From: a virus
Taxonomy: Duplodnaviria > Heunggongvirae > Uroviricota > Caudoviricetes
DNA length: 14,375 bases
Reading direction: 5' to 3' (one strand)
IMG/VR virus record: IMGVR_UViG_2690316131_000006
The notes beneath the pieces were generated by a model. It was not told the origin of the DNA, did no database searches, and saw nothing but the letters and a program-made list of their open reading frames with translations. Shown piece by piece: positions 13,945 through 14,375 of this stretch (its first letter is position 1; each line of letters starts with the position of its first letter). Position numbers and translations under genes: made by a program.

Positions 13945-14375
13945 ATGACATTTAAACATTATGATGTTGTCAGGGCGGCGTCGCCGTCAGACCTTGCGGA
14001 AAAGCTGACACACAAACTGAAAGAGGGCTGGCAGCCGTTTGGTAGTCCGGTGGCCATAACCCCTTATACCCTGATGCAGGCGATTGCAGCAGAAGGTGAT
14101 GTGGTCGTCAGTGGTGCAACTGAGCCGGAGTGGTACTACGTCATCGTACTGGCCGGGCAGTCCAATGCAATGGCTTACGGTGAAGGGCTTCCGCTTCCGG
14201 ATTCATACGATGCTCCGGATCCGCGCATTAAACAGCTGGCGCGCCGCAGTACAGTGACGCCGGGTGGGGCTGCCTGCAGATATAACGATATTATTCCGGC
14301 CGACCACTGCCTGCATGATGTGCAGGATATGAGTACGCTGAATCATCCGAAGGCAGACCTGAGCAAAGGGCAGTA
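13945..14375 (+). CDS. Partial (5' end only) NanS-p-like esterase: N-terminal DUF1737-like domain followed by the start of an SGNH/sialate O-acetylesterase domain
   Basis: GGGAGGA Shine-Dalgarno; MTFKHYDVVRAASPSDLAEKLTHKLKEGWQPFGSP... then ...YYVIVLAGQSNAMAYGEG (GQSN block); open to the window end. Confidence 0.7.
   Translation, partial: MTFKHYDVVRAASPSDLAEKLTHKLKEGWQPFGSPVAITPYTLMQAIAAEGDVVVSGATEPEWYYVIVLAGQSNAMAYGEGLPLPDSYDAPDPRIKQLARRSTVTPGGAACRYNDIIPADHCLHDVQDMSTLNHPKADLSKGQ

Noticed and set aside
10190-13945. Shiga toxin genes or tRNA genes between Q and the NanS-p-like gene
   Set aside because: No ORFs resembling StxA/StxB and no recognisable tRNA; the slot holds the methyltransferase, toxin-antitoxin and TerB-like modules instead.

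Overview
This window reads as the early-to-late control region of a Rac/lambda-like (lambdoid) enterobacterial prophage, on my reading of the sequence and the ORF track alone; no database search was run. Left of about 2600 is a leftward operon of small genes and a λ CI / P22 C2-like repressor (minus strand). Rightward from 2650 run a Cro/YdaS-like and YdaT-like pair, an O-like replication initiator with an embedded iteron origin, a DnaC-like helicase loader, a nin-like region (unknown winged-helix proteins, DUF551-like, two small membrane peptides, a hok/sok type I toxin-antitoxin, an HNH/DUF968-like protein, RusA) and a Q-like antiterminator with a late promoter and terminator. Downstream of Q, where lambdoid phages carry cargo, sit a DNA methyltransferase, a HigB/HigA-like toxin-antitoxin pair, a TerB-like protein with a coupled small membrane protein, and the start of a NanS-p-like esterase. 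The three most notable observations are: the repressor has Ala at the catalytic serine position (GDAM instead of GDSM); a palindrome GTAAC-N4-GTTAC occurs three times, each at a predicted promoter or gene start; and the O-like replication gene is interrupted by an in-frame TAG. The TerB-like/membrane-protein pair is the best candidate for an undescribed defence-type module, but that is inference. No rRNA or CRISPR array was seen and no tRNA was recognised by eye.
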